Assembly (NCBI GenBank): GCA_965206595.1
Contig: OZ242214.1
Location: 2,048,001 to 2,112,000, forward strand
Reading direction: 5' to 3'
From: Candidatus Latescibacterota bacterium
GTDB lineage: Bacteria > Latescibacterota > UBA2968 > UBA8231
Length of the DNA: 64,000 nt
In this document: positions 22,301-31,710 of the stretch, one piece after another
Layout: each line of letters starts with the position of its first letter
How positions within the stretch are numbered: position 1 is the stretch's first letter
Notes under the pieces: model-generated
Told to the model about the DNA's origin: nothing
What the model saw: the letters and a program-made list of their open reading frames with translations, nothing else
Databases searched by the model: none
Program-made: the position numbers and the translations under genes

Positions 22301-23710
22301 CGTCGACAGGAGCCGGCGTTTCTGCGGGGAAGCCCAGCGCCATCCCGAAGGCAGGCGCTTGAGCCACCAGGAATGCAGCGCCAGGGGCAGGGAGTACTTG
22401 AGCCGGAACTTCATCCGGAAGCGGCGCACGCCGGGGTAGGTCCAGCTCGCCAGGTGCGGAGCGCGGCCGTCGCGGCCGAGAAGCGGGTTGGCGCTGAAGT
22501 AGGTCACCAGGCTGTCGTAGAGCTGGGAAATCCGCACCGGGTTCCGGCTCGCCGTGGCCGCGTGGTAGACCTGCACCTCCCCGGGGGAGGCCTGGGTCGC
22601 CGCCGCCAGGGTGGTGTTGACGACGACGTCGACCGGGACGATGTCGAGGGCGAGATCGGGCCGCGCCGGGAAATCGGGCAACATTCCCTTGCCGTACGCC
22701 GCCACCAGGGGATCCATCACCTTCAGACCGGTGATCCACCCCGGCTCGGGATCCTCGAGGGAGCTTTCGATGATGCTCGGCCGCACGATGACGAGCGCCT
22801 GGCCCTCGCGGTTCCCGACCAGCAGCTGCTCCCCCATCGCCTTGGTGAAGGTGTAGACGTCGTTCCAGCCGTGCTCCCTGGCGCGCCGCATCCCCTCGTC
22901 GACGAGGCGGCGCTCGATCCAGTGCCTGCTGCGGTCCTCGGTGAGCTTCTCGAGCCGGCTCTTCGACAGCGGCCGGGTGCGGTGCTGCCGCAGGATGGCG
23001 CGCTCGAACCCGCGGCGGAGCGCCTCTCCCCGGCCCTCCTCGTACACCCCCCGGCAGAACTCCTCGCAGTCGGCGATCTCGCGCTCGGGATCGAACGGCG
23101 CCGACCCGGCACCCGGATTCGCCATCTGGCTGATGTCCCGGTCCAAGGGCAGGGGCTCCTCCGGAACCAGGCCGGTCAGGCGCCCGTTGACGTAGGCGGT
23201 TGAGACGTGGACGAAGTCGACCGGTTTGCGGCAGCCTGCGGCGAACTTCAGGAGGGCGAGCGGGCCGTGGGTGTTGAGGCGGATCGAGTCGTCGAGGGGC
23301 TCGTCGAAGACCACGGTCGCCGCGCTGTTGAAGATGGTGTCGATCTCTTCGCGCAGGCGGTCGAGAATCCCCGGTTCGACCCCGAAGTCCGGCTTGCCCG
23401 TGTCCCATGGGACGGCGGCGACCTTGGCGGCCTGGCGCGCGAAACCTTCTGGGTCTCCGTCGCGGTGGCGGCGGAAGACCGCGTCCTCCGCCAGCATCCG
23501 CTCCACCCGCTCTTCCGCGGAAAGGGTCTTGCCGTTGCGGCCGCGGCCCGGGCGGGCGAAGGCGTAAATCCGCTCCACCTGCGGCAGGTCGCGAAGGATT
23601 TTCGCGATCAAAGCCTGGCCCAGGAAACCGGTGCCGCCGGTGATCAGCAGACTGCGGCCGGCGTAATATTTGCGGATCATCTCGTGACCTGTCCCGTCAT
23701 CTCGCGGCAC
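19382..23710 (-). CDS. ElbD-like multidomain enzyme: fatty acyl reductase + AMP-dependent ligase + ACP + PlsC-type acyltransferase (start 23710 or 23680)
   Basis: TGGTGFLG/HVSTAYV/YTFTK (FAR); EGYGLTE, GWLHSGDIG (AMP-binding); LDSL carrier serine; NHSSHLD and FPEGTRS (acyltransferase). Confidence 0.88.
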   Translation of the reverse strand: MPRDDGTGHEMIRKYYAGRSLLITGGTGFLGQALIAKILRDLPQVERIYAFARPGRGRNGKTLSAEERVERMLAEDAVFRRHRDGDPEGFARQAAKVAAVPWDTGKPDFGVEPGILDRLREEIDTIFNSAATVVFDEPLDDSIRLNTHGPLALLKFAAGCRKPVDFVHVSTAYVNGRLTGLVPEEPLPLDRDISQMANPGAGSAPFDPEREIADCEEFCRGVYEEGRGEALRRGFERAILRQHRTRPLSKSRLEKLTEDRSRHWIERRLVDEGMRRAREHGWNDVYTFTKAMGEQLLVGNREGQALVIVRPSIIESSLEDPEPGWITGLKVMDPLVAAYGKGMLPDFPARPDLALDIVPVDVVVNTTLAAATQASPGEVQVYHAATASRNPVRISQLYDSLVTYFSANPLLGRDGRAPHLASWTYPGVRRFRMKFRLKYSLPLALHSWWLKRLPSGWRWASPQKRRLLSTMKIRLQRVLYYADIYHPYTHLNCSFATDRARALYALLPEGERQDFNMDVERIDWERYICDVHLPGLRRHVLGDGEKEIFREAPAEVGSEEERWQQEEELQTIPDLLRWSCARYEERTALQMKRGESWVTVAYGELLARAEAQADLWQRWGLESGDRVLLYAGNSPEWVIAYMAASIGGLTVVPVDPQTRGEEVWKLAAFTRARALIASPACFETLNPETGSGLAGWPLPVFDLENEGRPFPSESSGAEPQGNRKPSGVTPEMEASIIFTAGTAIEPRGVVLTHRNFLSDLLALAEVQRLDRGDRVLSLLPLHHGLEFTGSLLMSLLSGATITYLETLNSRVILDAMRETGTTALLAVPRLLKILADRIERLGRHGEEERNALNRDSAALISRLKLVVSGGAPLAPGIFESYRRKGVTVYEGYGLTETSPIVTVNPPAKARPGSVGIPLPGVELRIDEPDSRGCGEILVRGPNVTPGYLDSPELTAEVLKDGWLHSGDIGYVDDDGYLFITGRSKDLIVTGAGKNVYPDEVEGLYRGLPEVAELSVVGVRSPRTLGEEAHGVAVLKEGGGEAEASRVREAAYGISRHLPTYQRIQRLHVRSRPLPRNHAGEVDRTQVLEELQHQLHGAEVEVDESLAPWERSVYDLLSRITGLTPAEVLAHGDAPLDSLLDSLMSVEFAAVVEETLGRSLPRQIHRSPTLRSLMDKLEPQFSAAGKGIVSQADDGGYWTRALRGEDGNREHRRPADGGPGALREAFWSAGGGLFRLYFSLKARGLEHLPADRPYVIAANHSSHLDAPSILLAVRPHVDRLSLAAARDYFSRSPLLSWFLRTMLDAVPFDRQEEFLESLLALRGLIGVRRPLLVFPEGTRSPAGRLQAFRTGVGLLAVELDLPIVPVHVLGTREALPKHGRFPRRNPVRLNFGPPVEMAPYAARRQRLGNYEVYREVTAQVRREIARLAGKADEGGGSAAGATG

Positions 23711-24133
23711 TGCCGGCGCTCGCCCATCCCACTCGGGGGCCTTGCGAGGCGGGGGCCTCGGCCGCGCAATCCTGGCAATCCATTTCCGGAACGGAACACT
23801 TATTGTTGATCAGAGTCGGAGGGGTCGGCGGCGCGGGGACCTTGAGTCGAGAGGTCCGATCCGTTGCCTTCCTGTTCTGTCCGTTGGCGGTCGGAGCCCT
23901 GCGGGGGCTCGAGCCCCTGCCCGGTTATGTACGGGTGCCGGAAATGCTTTCTCAGCGCCTCCAGGAGCGGCTTGTCCAGCCGGTCCGGGGCGCCGTCGCC
24001 GCTGCCGGTTCCGTCTTCGGGACGCCTCGCCATTGCCATTCCTTCCGGGAAAACTCACTGAAGATACGGCGCCCCGTGGTGTCAGCAATTTGAACGGCGG
24101 CAGCACCGCCGCGGCAGGGGAGCCCGCACAGGA

Positions 24134-25057
24134 ATGGAAAAGAATCAGACCGCCACGGGACGCTGGGCCATCATCGCCAATCCGGCCGCGGCCCGGGGCC
24201 GCGCCCCGCTCCTTGCGGCCGCGGCTTCGCGCTACCTGGGCGAACGCGGGATCGCCGCGGACCTGTTGGTTTCGGAGGGCCGCGGCCACGCCTGCGAGCT
24301 CGCCCGCAAAGCGATCGCCGAAGGAGTCGGCCGCATCGTGACGTGCGGAGGGGACGGCACCGTCAACGAGATCCTGCCCGCGGTCGCCGGCTCGCAGGCC
24401 GCTCTCGGACTGCTGCCTTGCGGAACCGCCAACGACTTCGCGCGCGCCCTCGGGATACCTCGGCAACCGCGTCGGGCGCTGCGCAACCTGGTCGAGGGAC
24501 GCGAGGGCCGCGTCGACCTCGGGGCCTGCGGCGACCGCTACTTCTGCACCGTCGCCGCCTGCGGGTTCGACGCCGAGGTCAGCGAGGCGATGCGCGAGGG
24601 CCGCCGCCTGCCGGGAACGGCAGGGTACCTCTGGGCGGCGCTCCGCCACCTGTTCCGCTTCGAGCCGGCGAAGGTGGCGGCGACGGGGGATTTCGGCCGA
24701 CTGGAGACCGAGGTGCTGCTGGTCGCCGCGGCGGTAACGCGAAGCTACGGCGGCGGAATGCGGATCGCTCCGCACGCCGATCCCGCGGACGGGAGGTTCG
24801 ACGTCGTCATCATCGGCCCGGTCGCCAGGAGAACGGTGGTGGCGATGCTCCCCCGCCTGTTCCGGGGCAGCCACGTCCGGCATCCCGCGGTGCGCATCGA
24901 GCGTTCCTCGTTCCTCGAGATCGAGACACCGGGCGGCGCCCGGCCGCTGTACGCCGACGGCGAGCCCCTGGGAGAGACGCCGGTTTCCCTGCGCATCGCC
25001 CCGGGATCGCTTCGCGTCATTGTTCCGCGGCCCCCGGCCCTCGGGATGCCGCCGTGA
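24134..25057 (+). CDS. Diacylglycerol/lipid kinase (YegS/DgkB family)
   Basis: NPAA, GGDGTVNE, GTANDFA, YGGG, ADGE. Confidence 0.9.
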   Translation: MEKNQTATGRWAIIANPAAARGRAPLLAAAASRYLGERGIAADLLVSEGRGHACELARKAIAEGVGRIVTCGGDGTVNEILPAVAGSQAALGLLPCGTANDFARALGIPRQPRRALRNLVEGREGRVDLGACGDRYFCTVAACGFDAEVSEAMREGRRLPGTAGYLWAALRHLFRFEPAKVAATGDFGRLETEVLLVAAAVTRSYGGGMRIAPHADPADGRFDVVIIGPVARRTVVAMLPRLFRGSHVRHPAVRIERSSFLEIETPGGARPLYADGEPLGETPVSLRIAPGSLRVIVPRPPALGMPP

Positions 25058-25209
25058 CCGCAGCGCGCCGCCGGACATTGGCGATCCAAAAAGGGAGGCG
25101 GCGAGTCTCTCCTTGCCCGCATCCGCTATTTTCGCCAAATTACAAGACCCCACAGCAGCGCTCTGCACCCCCCACCCGTCCCATCCCCCCTTTTGAGCCG
25201 TGACGCCCC

Positions 25210-26181
25210 ATGGCATCCCGGGCCCAGAAAATCCGTCTGGCCGTCTTCCTGCTTTCCGCCGCCGGCGTGCTCCTGCTGTTCCTGTTCTACATGGCCGGAC
25301 GCAGCGTCCTCACGCCGCGCCAGACCTACTTCATCGATTTCCCCGACTCGATCGGGGGACTTCGGCGCGGGGACAAGGTCAAGTACCTCGGGATCGAAGC
25401 AGGACGCGTCGAGAACACGTCGATCTCCCCTGACGATCACTCGGTTATCGTCGTCGAGATCTCCGTCGAGGGGGACAAGGTCCCCAACGTCATCCGCGAA
25501 GACACCCGGGCGCGGCTGCAAAGCGTCGGTCTCACCGGGTTGAAGCACATCGAGCTCGTCTCCGGATCGCCGGACTCCCCGGTGCTGCCTCCCGATTCCC
25601 GCATAGCCTCGAGTCCGACCTTCCTTTCCCAAATGGACGAGCGCGCCCAGAGGTTGACCGACAAGATGGAGCTTCTGCTCGAGAACCTCACGGAGATGAC
25701 CGACCGGGAGAACAGCATTCAGCTCAACCGCATGCTCGCCGCCGGCAGCGAGTTCACCTCCAGCGCCAACGACCTGATGAGCGACAACCGCCGGGAGATC
25801 GACGAAAGCATCCGCAACCTCGCCGCCATGACAAAGTCGCTCGCCGGGGCCGCGGCCACCCTGCACGCCACCATGGACTCGATGAACGCCCTGGTCACCG
25901 ACGGCGAACTGCGCGGCACCCTCACCGACCTGCGCCGCACCAGCCGTTCCCTGCAGCTTCAGATGGAGGGGCCGGTTCCGCAGCTGCTGGCGAACCTGTC
26001 GCACATGGCCGGCAATATCGACACCACCTTCATGCGCCTCGACCGCACCGTGATGCAGGGGCGCCGGAACTTCCTCGACGCGATCCAGGACCTCCAGGAA
26101 ACCATGCTCAACGTCCGCCAGGCGACGGAGCTGATCCGGGAGAACCCCTCGATCCTGATTCGCGGCCGCGCCGACCGCTAG
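25210..26181 (+). CDS. MCE/MlaD family protein with long helical tail
   Basis: N-terminal TM, GLRRGDKVKYLGIEAGRV, GLTG...IEL, C-terminal ENPSILIRG. Confidence 0.9.
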   Translation: MASRAQKIRLAVFLLSAAGVLLLFLFYMAGRSVLTPRQTYFIDFPDSIGGLRRGDKVKYLGIEAGRVENTSISPDDHSVIVVEISVEGDKVPNVIREDTRARLQSVGLTGLKHIELVSGSPDSPVLPPDSRIASSPTFLSQMDERAQRLTDKMELLLENLTEMTDRENSIQLNRMLAAGSEFTSSANDLMSDNRREIDESIRNLAAMTKSLAGAAATLHATMDSMNALVTDGELRGTLTDLRRTSRSLQLQMEGPVPQLLANLSHMAGNIDTTFMRLDRTVMQGRRNFLDAIQDLQETMLNVRQATELIRENPSILIRGRADR

Positions 26182-26185
26182 CTCC

Positions 26186-26983
26186 GTGCCGATGCCTGTG
26201 TCCATCCCCGGTTGCTCCCGGTACCTGTGGGCGGCGGCGATCGCCTTGGCCGCCGCCTTCCCCTCCTGCACGAGCCTGATCGGCGGCAAGGCGGAGATCC
26301 GCGAGAACCGCAAGTTCATCATCGAGTCGGGGCAGCTGTCGCTGAACCTGCCGAACTCGGAGCGGCCCTACGCCCTGCACGTCGAGGTCGGCAAGTTCGA
26401 CATCTCCAGGCTGTACGACCGCAACCAGATCATCCTCAGGCAGTCCGCCGAGGAGGTCCGCGAGAAGGCCCACCACTCCTGGGCGGTGCGGCCCAGCGAG
26501 ATGATCACCGACGCCGTCGAGGGCTACCTGAAAGAGGCCCGCCTGTTCACCGATATCCGCCAGGACTTCGTCGACGTCATCCCCGACTACCGGATCACCG
26601 GCACCGTCAAGTCGCTGGAACGCCTCGACAGCGGCGACCAGTGGTACGCCAACTTCAGGCTGTCGGTGCAGCTGGTCGACGGCAGGAACGAGGTCGTCAA
26701 GAGATGGGACTTCGACGACGAAGCGGAGCGCGTGTACCACCGGGATTTCGTGCACACGGTGACGGCATTCAACGAACTGCTGAGGCGCTACATGTACCGG
26801 GTGATCCGCGACATGGACCACATGTTCCTCATCCGCAAGCTGCAGCGGGAGAACCGTCCGTACCAGCACATCCTCGACGTGCCGAACGGCCGCGCCTCCG
26901 CCCCCGCCGACACGGCGGTCAGCGACAGCACCCGGGACGCCCCGCATCCCGACTACGATATCATCCCCGGAAAGGGCCTGTAG
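26186..26983 (+). CDS. ABC transport auxiliary lipoprotein (PqiC-like)
   Basis: Lipobox-like FPSC, LYDRNQI, W...PSEMI; follows the MCE gene. Confidence 0.75.
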   Translation: MPMPVSIPGCSRYLWAAAIALAAAFPSCTSLIGGKAEIRENRKFIIESGQLSLNLPNSERPYALHVEVGKFDISRLYDRNQIILRQSAEEVREKAHHSWAVRPSEMITDAVEGYLKEARLFTDIRQDFVDVIPDYRITGTVKSLERLDSGDQWYANFRLSVQLVDGRNEVVKRWDFDDEAERVYHRDFVHTVTAFNELLRRYMYRVIRDMDHMFLIRKLQRENRPYQHILDVPNGRASAPADTAVSDSTRDAPHPDYDIIPGKGL

Positions 26984-26984
26984 C

Positions 26985-28514
26985 ATGCGCTGTTGCCGCT
27001 CCGCCCCCACGGCCCTCTGCCTCGCGTTCCTCGCGGTCCTGTTCGTTGCATTCGCGGCGGCCGACGAGAGCTCCTGGTCGGCGCCTCCCGGGCGCGTGCA
27101 GCTGGCCGAGGATCCGCAGCTGATCCCCAAGGGGAAGGGGATGCTGTTCGTGCCGATGATGAGCGTTCCCCACGGCAACGAGCCCAGCTACCAGATATAC
27201 AGGGAAGAGGGAAAACTCGTCGGTTCCGCCAGTCCCGGCAGCGGCATGCTCCTCCCCCCCGGGAACTACCGGGTGCGCATCGGTTCCGGGGCGATCTCGC
27301 AGAAGATGAAGAAGACGGTGGAAGTGGTGGAAGGGAGCAGCACCCTGCTCAAACCGGACTGGTCGGCCCTGGTGATCGACGTCATCGACCAGACCCGCAC
27401 CCCGGTCAGCGAATCGTACGAGCTCTACCAGGAGGAGACCCAGGAGAACTTCGGCCAGGGGTTCGGAATCGAGGAGGAACGCGGGGAAAAGGTCCGCACC
27501 TGGATCCTGAAGCCGGGGGTCTACCACGTCGTCAAGGTCGGCGAATCGTTCTCGACCATCCGCAAGTTCAGCGTCCGCCTGGAACCGGGGAAGCTGGTGC
27601 AGCGCGACCTCGTCTACAACGCTTCCTCGGGGAACTTCATCGGTTTCTACGCGCGCCCCATGCTGCCTTACGGGACCGCCCGAATCGCCAGGAACGTCAC
27701 CTCGCAGACCGAGCTCAGCGGCTCGACACTGTTCCACACCTCCCAGAACACCGCCGGCGAGGACATGTCGAGCACCTCGCTGTCGCTGCAGGTCTTCAAC
27801 CGGACGCGCTACAGCACCGAGCAGCACTTTGCCAACCTGCGGCTGATCTTCGAGGAGGGGGCCACACAGGAGGGGGACAAGGGCTTTCACAAGTCGATCG
27901 ACAAGCTCGAGCTGCGGGGCACCTACATCTACCGCGTGTCGACCGCCTTCGGCCCCTACATGCGCGGGGTTCTCAACACCAAGCTGTTCTCCGACGACAT
28001 CACGTTCGAACGTCCGTTCGAAGGGGACTTCATCATGTACGGCGCGCGCAACGACACCCTCACCAACCCGGCCGAGGTTACCCTGTCCCCTGCGTTCTTC
28101 CCGCTGCGCCTGCGCCAGGGTATCGGGATCAACTCCCAGCTGGTGCGCTCGTTCGCCCTCAACGCCGACGTCCGCCTCGGCTTCGGAGCGCGGCAGACCT
28201 ACGTCTCGGACTCGTTCGAGCTCTCGAACGAGCGCTCCGCGACCCAACTCCAGAACGCCTTCAGCAGAGGCTTCGAGGCGGTGTTCATCACCGACGCGCG
28301 CCTGGCCAAGTCGATCAGCCTCGACTCGGAATTCGACATCCTGATCCCTGGGGGGAACCGGGACGATTGGGTGTTCAGCTGGCAGAATCGCCTGCGCATC
28401 TTTCTAACGAGCTTCATCAACCTCGACCTGGTGGGGGACCTCGAGCGCGAAGAGACGCTGAAGCGGCTGCAGGGACGGGAGCAGATCCTGCTCAGATTCT
28501 CCCGTTTCTTCTGA
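26985..28514 (+). CDS. Putative outer-membrane beta-barrel protein with N-terminal soluble domain
   Basis: Signal peptide, amphipathic beta strands, C-terminal ...LRFSRFF. Confidence 0.65.
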   Translation: MRCCRSAPTALCLAFLAVLFVAFAAADESSWSAPPGRVQLAEDPQLIPKGKGMLFVPMMSVPHGNEPSYQIYREEGKLVGSASPGSGMLLPPGNYRVRIGSGAISQKMKKTVEVVEGSSTLLKPDWSALVIDVIDQTRTPVSESYELYQEETQENFGQGFGIEEERGEKVRTWILKPGVYHVVKVGESFSTIRKFSVRLEPGKLVQRDLVYNASSGNFIGFYARPMLPYGTARIARNVTSQTELSGSTLFHTSQNTAGEDMSSTSLSLQVFNRTRYSTEQHFANLRLIFEEGATQEGDKGFHKSIDKLELRGTYIYRVSTAFGPYMRGVLNTKLFSDDITFERPFEGDFIMYGARNDTLTNPAEVTLSPAFFPLRLRQGIGINSQLVRSFALNADVRLGFGARQTYVSDSFELSNERSATQLQNAFSRGFEAVFITDARLAKSISLDSEFDILIPGGNRDDWVFSWQNRLRIFLTSFINLDLVGDLEREETLKRLQGREQILLRFSRFF

Positions 28515-28527
28515 CCGCCCCAGACCG

Positions 28528-29619
28528 ATGAGCGAGGTCGCAGACATCGACGCGGGCATTCGTCTCACCGGCCCCCTCACCCTGGAGACGCTGCCCGGAC
28601 TGGAAAGCCGCTGCCGGCGTCTGATCGACAGCCATCCGCACACCCGTTTGTCGGCCGACGTCACCGCGGTAAGCGCGATCGACACCGCGGGTGTGGTTTT
28701 CCTGCGCGGCCTGGCAAAAACGGCCGGGGCCTCGGGCAAGGAGCTGGTGGTCGGCCCCCTTCCGGAGGACCTGCAACCGTTCTTCGACTTCGTACGGCCT
28801 CCCGAAGCCGCGGCCAGCGAGGCTCCTGCACGTCCGGCGCTCGGCCAGCGCCTCGGCGACGCCGCGGAGGATCTCGTCGATCGCGCCGCGGATTTCCTCT
28901 ACCTCGCCTCCGACCTCACCTGGGTCGCAGCGGCCGCAATTTTCCGGAGATTCGGCATCCGCCGCGGCACCTTCGTCGATCAGGCGGTCGCCATCGGCTC
29001 CCAGGGCCTGCCGATCGTCGCGCTCATACTGTTCCTCGTCGGCGGCGTATCTACCCTGCAGGCCGCGGCCCAGCTGCGTCAGTTCGGCGCCAACATCTTC
29101 GTCGCCGACCTGCTCGCCATCGGCGTCAGCCGCGAGCTCGGGCCGCTGATGACGGCGATCATCGTCGCCGGCCGCAGCGGCTCGGCGATCGCCGCGGAAA
29201 TTGCGACGATGAAGTTCACCGAGGAGATCGACGCCCTGCGCACCATGGCTCTCGATCCCCTGCGCATGGTCGCCGTCCCCAAGATGTGGGCGATGCTGGC
29301 GACGGTGCCCCTGCTGACGATAATGGCGGTCTTCTTCGGCCTCCTCGGGGGGACCCTCACCGGCGTGCTCTCGCTCGACATCGCCCCGACCACCTTTGTC
29401 GCCCGGATCGTCGACGCCCTGCAGCTCAAGGACATCCTCACCGGCCTGGTCAAGAGCGTCTCCTTCGCCTGGATCATCGCCGTGATCGGCGTGCACCGGG
29501 GCCTCAACTCCACGGGGGGAACCACAGGTGTGGGCGTCTCCACCACCTCGTCGGTGGTCAGCTCGATCTTCGGCATCATCGTCCTCGACCTCTCCTGGGG
29601 TCTCATCTTCTACCTGTGA
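28528..29619 (+). CDS. mlaE: STAS (MlaB-like)-MlaE permease fusion
   Basis: IDTAG STAS motif; RELGPL, GRSGSAIAAE, EEIDAL. Confidence 0.9.
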   Translation: MSEVADIDAGIRLTGPLTLETLPGLESRCRRLIDSHPHTRLSADVTAVSAIDTAGVVFLRGLAKTAGASGKELVVGPLPEDLQPFFDFVRPPEAAASEAPARPALGQRLGDAAEDLVDRAADFLYLASDLTWVAAAAIFRRFGIRRGTFVDQAVAIGSQGLPIVALILFLVGGVSTLQAAAQLRQFGANIFVADLLAIGVSRELGPLMTAIIVAGRSGSAIAAEIATMKFTEEIDALRTMALDPLRMVAVPKMWAMLATVPLLTIMAVFFGLLGGTLTGVLSLDIAPTTFVARIVDALQLKDILTGLVKSVSFAWIIAVIGVHRGLNSTGGTTGVGVSTTSSVVSSIFGIIVLDLSWGLIFYL

Positions 29620-29627
29620 CAACGGCG

Positions 29628-30377
29628 ATGGCAGAGGATGCTCAGGCGGTACCCGCGATCGACATAGAGCGCCTGCGCGTGGCCTACGGGGACCATCTCG
29701 TGCTGCGCGACGTCAGCCTGCACGTCGGGAAGGGAGAGATCGCCGTCATCGTCGGGGGCAGCGGCTGCGGCAAGAGCACCCTGCTCAAGGCGGCCATCGG
29801 CCTCGTGGAGCCGAGCTCGGGGGCGGTGCGTCTGCTGGGATCGGAGCTGCGCACCCTGGAGGAATCCCGGCAGGGGGAGCTCAAGAAGCGGATCGGGGTG
29901 ATGTTCCAGTACGGGGCGCTGTTGAACTCGCTGACGATCGGGGAGAACGTCGCCCTGCCGCTGGAAATGCACACCGACCTCGACGGGGACCTCGTGCGCG
30001 AGGTGGTTTCAACGCGGCTGCACATGGTCGGCATCGGTCAGGCGATCGACCGCTATCCGAACGAGCTTTCCGGCGGCATGCGCAAGCGCGCCGCCCTCGC
30101 CCGAGCCATGGTTTTGGAACCGGACATCCTGTTCTGCGACGAGCCGGGGGCCGGGCTCGATCCGGTGACCGCGGCCGAGGTCGACCGCCTCCTGCTTACC
30201 GTCAACCGGAGCCTCGGGATAACCCTCGTCGTCGTCACCCACGAGCTCCTCAGCATCGAGAGACTCGGAGGCCGCCTGCTGATGCTCGCCGGAGGTGAGG
30301 TGCTGTTCTCGGGCACCTCGGAGGAAGCGCGCCATTCCGGGAAACCGGAGCTGGAGGGGTTCTTCCGCCCGCAGTGA
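29628..30377 (+). CDS. mlaF: MlaF-type ABC ATPase
   Basis: GGSGCGKST, FQYGAL, LSGGMRKR, DEPGAGLDP. Confidence 0.9.
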   Translation: MAEDAQAVPAIDIERLRVAYGDHLVLRDVSLHVGKGEIAVIVGGSGCGKSTLLKAAIGLVEPSSGAVRLLGSELRTLEESRQGELKKRIGVMFQYGALLNSLTIGENVALPLEMHTDLDGDLVREVVSTRLHMVGIGQAIDRYPNELSGGMRKRAALARAMVLEPDILFCDEPGAGLDPVTAAEVDRLLLTVNRSLGITLVVVTHELLSIERLGGRLLMLAGGEVLFSGTSEEARHSGKPELEGFFRPQ

Positions 30378-30424
30378 GGCCGCTGCGCCCCGGCTGAATC
30401 CACCCTTCGAGTGCTGGTCCCGCA

Positions 30425-31120
30425 ATGAAATCGATTCCCCCCTTCCTCGCCCGCCTCCCGGACCGCTTCCGGAAAAACGGATTGGTGCGCGGTTTCCGGG
30501 CCTCGTACCTGGCGCGGATCTGTAACCCCGGCACCGTCTTCGACGTCGGCGTCGGACGCGGAACCGAGGAGCTGTACCGCGCATTCCCGAAAGCGAGAAT
30601 GCTGCTGATCGAACCGCTGACCGAGTACCGCGAGGCGCTCGCGCGGATCTCGGGGAAGTACGATTGCCGGATCATCGACAAGGCGGTCGGGCGCCGCTGC
30701 GGACAGGCGGAGATCGCCGTCGACACGGGCGATCCGCACAAATCCTCTTTCGGGCGCCGCACCCGCCAGGGGGTACCGGGCGGTGCGCTTACCGCCCGAG
30801 CCGTCGAGATGACGACACTGGACCAGATCCTGCGGGAAAACCCCGATCTCGCCCCCCCCTTCCTCCTCAAAATCGACACCGAGGGGCACGAGCTCGAAGT
30901 GGTCGAAGGGGCGGACGAGCTGCTGCAACGGACCGAGGTCGTCATCGCCGAGGTCTCGGTCGCCGAGCGCTTCGAGGGCGGGTACCGGTTCGAGGAGTTC
31001 GTCGCCGCCATGGGCGCCCGCGGCTTCCGGGTCTTCGACTTCCTCAGGGTCCGCTACGTCAAGGGGGCCCCGGGGACGCGGTTCGCCGACGTAGTTTTCA
31101 GGAGGGCGGGGGCGGGATGA
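30425..31120 (+). CDS. FkbM family methyltransferase
   Basis: FDVGVGRG, IEP, LKIDTEGHE. Confidence 0.85.
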   Translation: MKSIPPFLARLPDRFRKNGLVRGFRASYLARICNPGTVFDVGVGRGTEELYRAFPKARMLLIEPLTEYREALARISGKYDCRIIDKAVGRRCGQAEIAVDTGDPHKSSFGRRTRQGVPGGALTARAVEMTTLDQILRENPDLAPPFLLKIDTEGHELEVVEGADELLQRTEVVIAEVSVAERFEGGYRFEEFVAAMGARGFRVFDFLRVRYVKGAPGTRFADVVFRRAGAG

Positions 31121-31710
31121 GAATCATCCTGATGGCGGCGATCTCTCCGGACCGCGTCATCGGCCGGGACGGCGCCATCCCCTGGCATTACCCGGCCGAT
31201 ATGCGCTACGTCAAACAGACGACCACCGGCCACCCCTGCGTGATGGGGCGGAAGACCTGGGAATCCCTCCCCCGCCGCCCGCTCCCGGGGCGGCCGAACC
31301 TAGTTCTCACCAGGCAGGCGGGCTACGAGGCCGCTTCGGGAGTGATCCTTTGCGCCAGCTTCGAAGAGGCGCGGCGGCGCTGCCAGGCGATGGGTGCCGA
31401 GCGCGTGTTCGTCCTGGGAGGGGAGGAGGTCTTCCGCGAGACGCTGGAGCTGGACGTAGCGGACGAGTTGCTGATCACCCATGTCCCCGACCGCGTCGAG
31501 GGGGACGTGCATTTCCCGGAATGGGATGAGCGGAAATGGCCTCTGAAAGAAGAATGGCGCGACCCGCCCACGGTTTCCCCTCCCCACTCGGAGAATATGG
31601 CCATGTTTATGCAGATTCAGCAGCAGCAAGGCCTGCGCTTCGCGAGGTACGTACGCCGGCGCGACCCCAATGGAACCCGAACCGAGAGAGAAACGGAGAG
31701 CGATGTTTGA
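31117..31710 (+). CDS. folA: Dihydrofolate reductase
   Basis: VIG....IPW..PAD, MGRKTWES, PLPGRPNLVLT, LGG, GDVHFP; ATGA overlap with upstream gene. Confidence 0.9.
   Translation: MRIILMAAISPDRVIGRDGAIPWHYPADMRYVKQTTTGHPCVMGRKTWESLPRRPLPGRPNLVLTRQAGYEAASGVILCASFEEARRRCQAMGAERVFVLGGEEVFRETLELDVADELLITHVPDRVEGDVHFPEWDERKWPLKEEWRDPPTVSPPHSENMAMFMQIQQQQGLRFARYVRRRDPNGTRTERETESDV

Noticed and set aside
23800-24039. 79-aa minus-strand ORF upstream of the megasynthase
   Set aside because: It has a plausible RBS but is low-complexity with no recognisable motif, so it cannot be supported.
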